A DNA stretch of 64,000 bases from Eledone cirrhosa (Eukaryota), in assembly GCA_964016885.1 (NCBI GenBank), contig OZ024743.1:224998001-225062000 (forward strand). The letters are read 5' to 3'. The position numbers were made by a program, and so were the translations under genes. This document shows positions 63,901 through 64,000 of the stretch, in pieces (positions within the stretch are counted from its first letter, which is position 1; the number at the start of each line of letters is the position of its first letter). The notes below the pieces were generated by a model, which ran no database searches, was not told the origin of the DNA, and was given only the letters and a program-made list of their open reading frames with translations.

Positions 63901-64000
63901 AATATGGTTTTATAAATATAGTTTCCATTTATTTAATATCATTGAATATTTACTCCAGAAATCTGTCGAGTGCCCTGAATCAGTTATAAACATTTATATT

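Larger units (their letters stand above)
63611..63943. repeat. 159-bp-arm near-perfect inverted repeat (arms 63611-63769 and 63785-63943), Penelope-like pseudo-LTR pair
   Basis: Direct reading; only a few mismatches; 15-nt spacer; abuts (TA)n on the left. Confidence 0.93.

Overview
AT-rich, gene-poor animal genomic DNA, very probably a cephalopod such as Octopus (inferred from the RTE and SINE families and the dense (TA)n microsatellites). No host protein-coding gene is confidently identifiable, and nearly all ORFs in the track are microsatellite or retroelement artefacts. The window holds: three young and several old RTE-clade LINE copies whose reverse transcriptase carries an embedded C4HC3 (PHD-type) finger; a GC-rich CRE-like non-LTR element joined to a decayed mariner; decayed Penelope-like (RT + GIY-YIG) elements; two tRNA-like SINE families, one with interchangeable 3' tails; TTAA-targeting piggyBac-type, hAT and Tc1/pogo-type MITEs; and a 3.2 kb 20-bp minisatellite with a ~1.3 kb higher-order duplication. 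The most striking signal is a set of unrelated short non-coding elements inserted in (TA)n tracts, each containing a type I hammerhead ribozyme fold (13.7 kb, 40.7 kb, 51.4 kb, 63.8 kb, plus weaker ones). Several have an unusually long stem II, and two occur as back-to-back palindromic pairs. The copy at 63839-63900 has a fully canonical core. All folds were made by eye and no searches were run.
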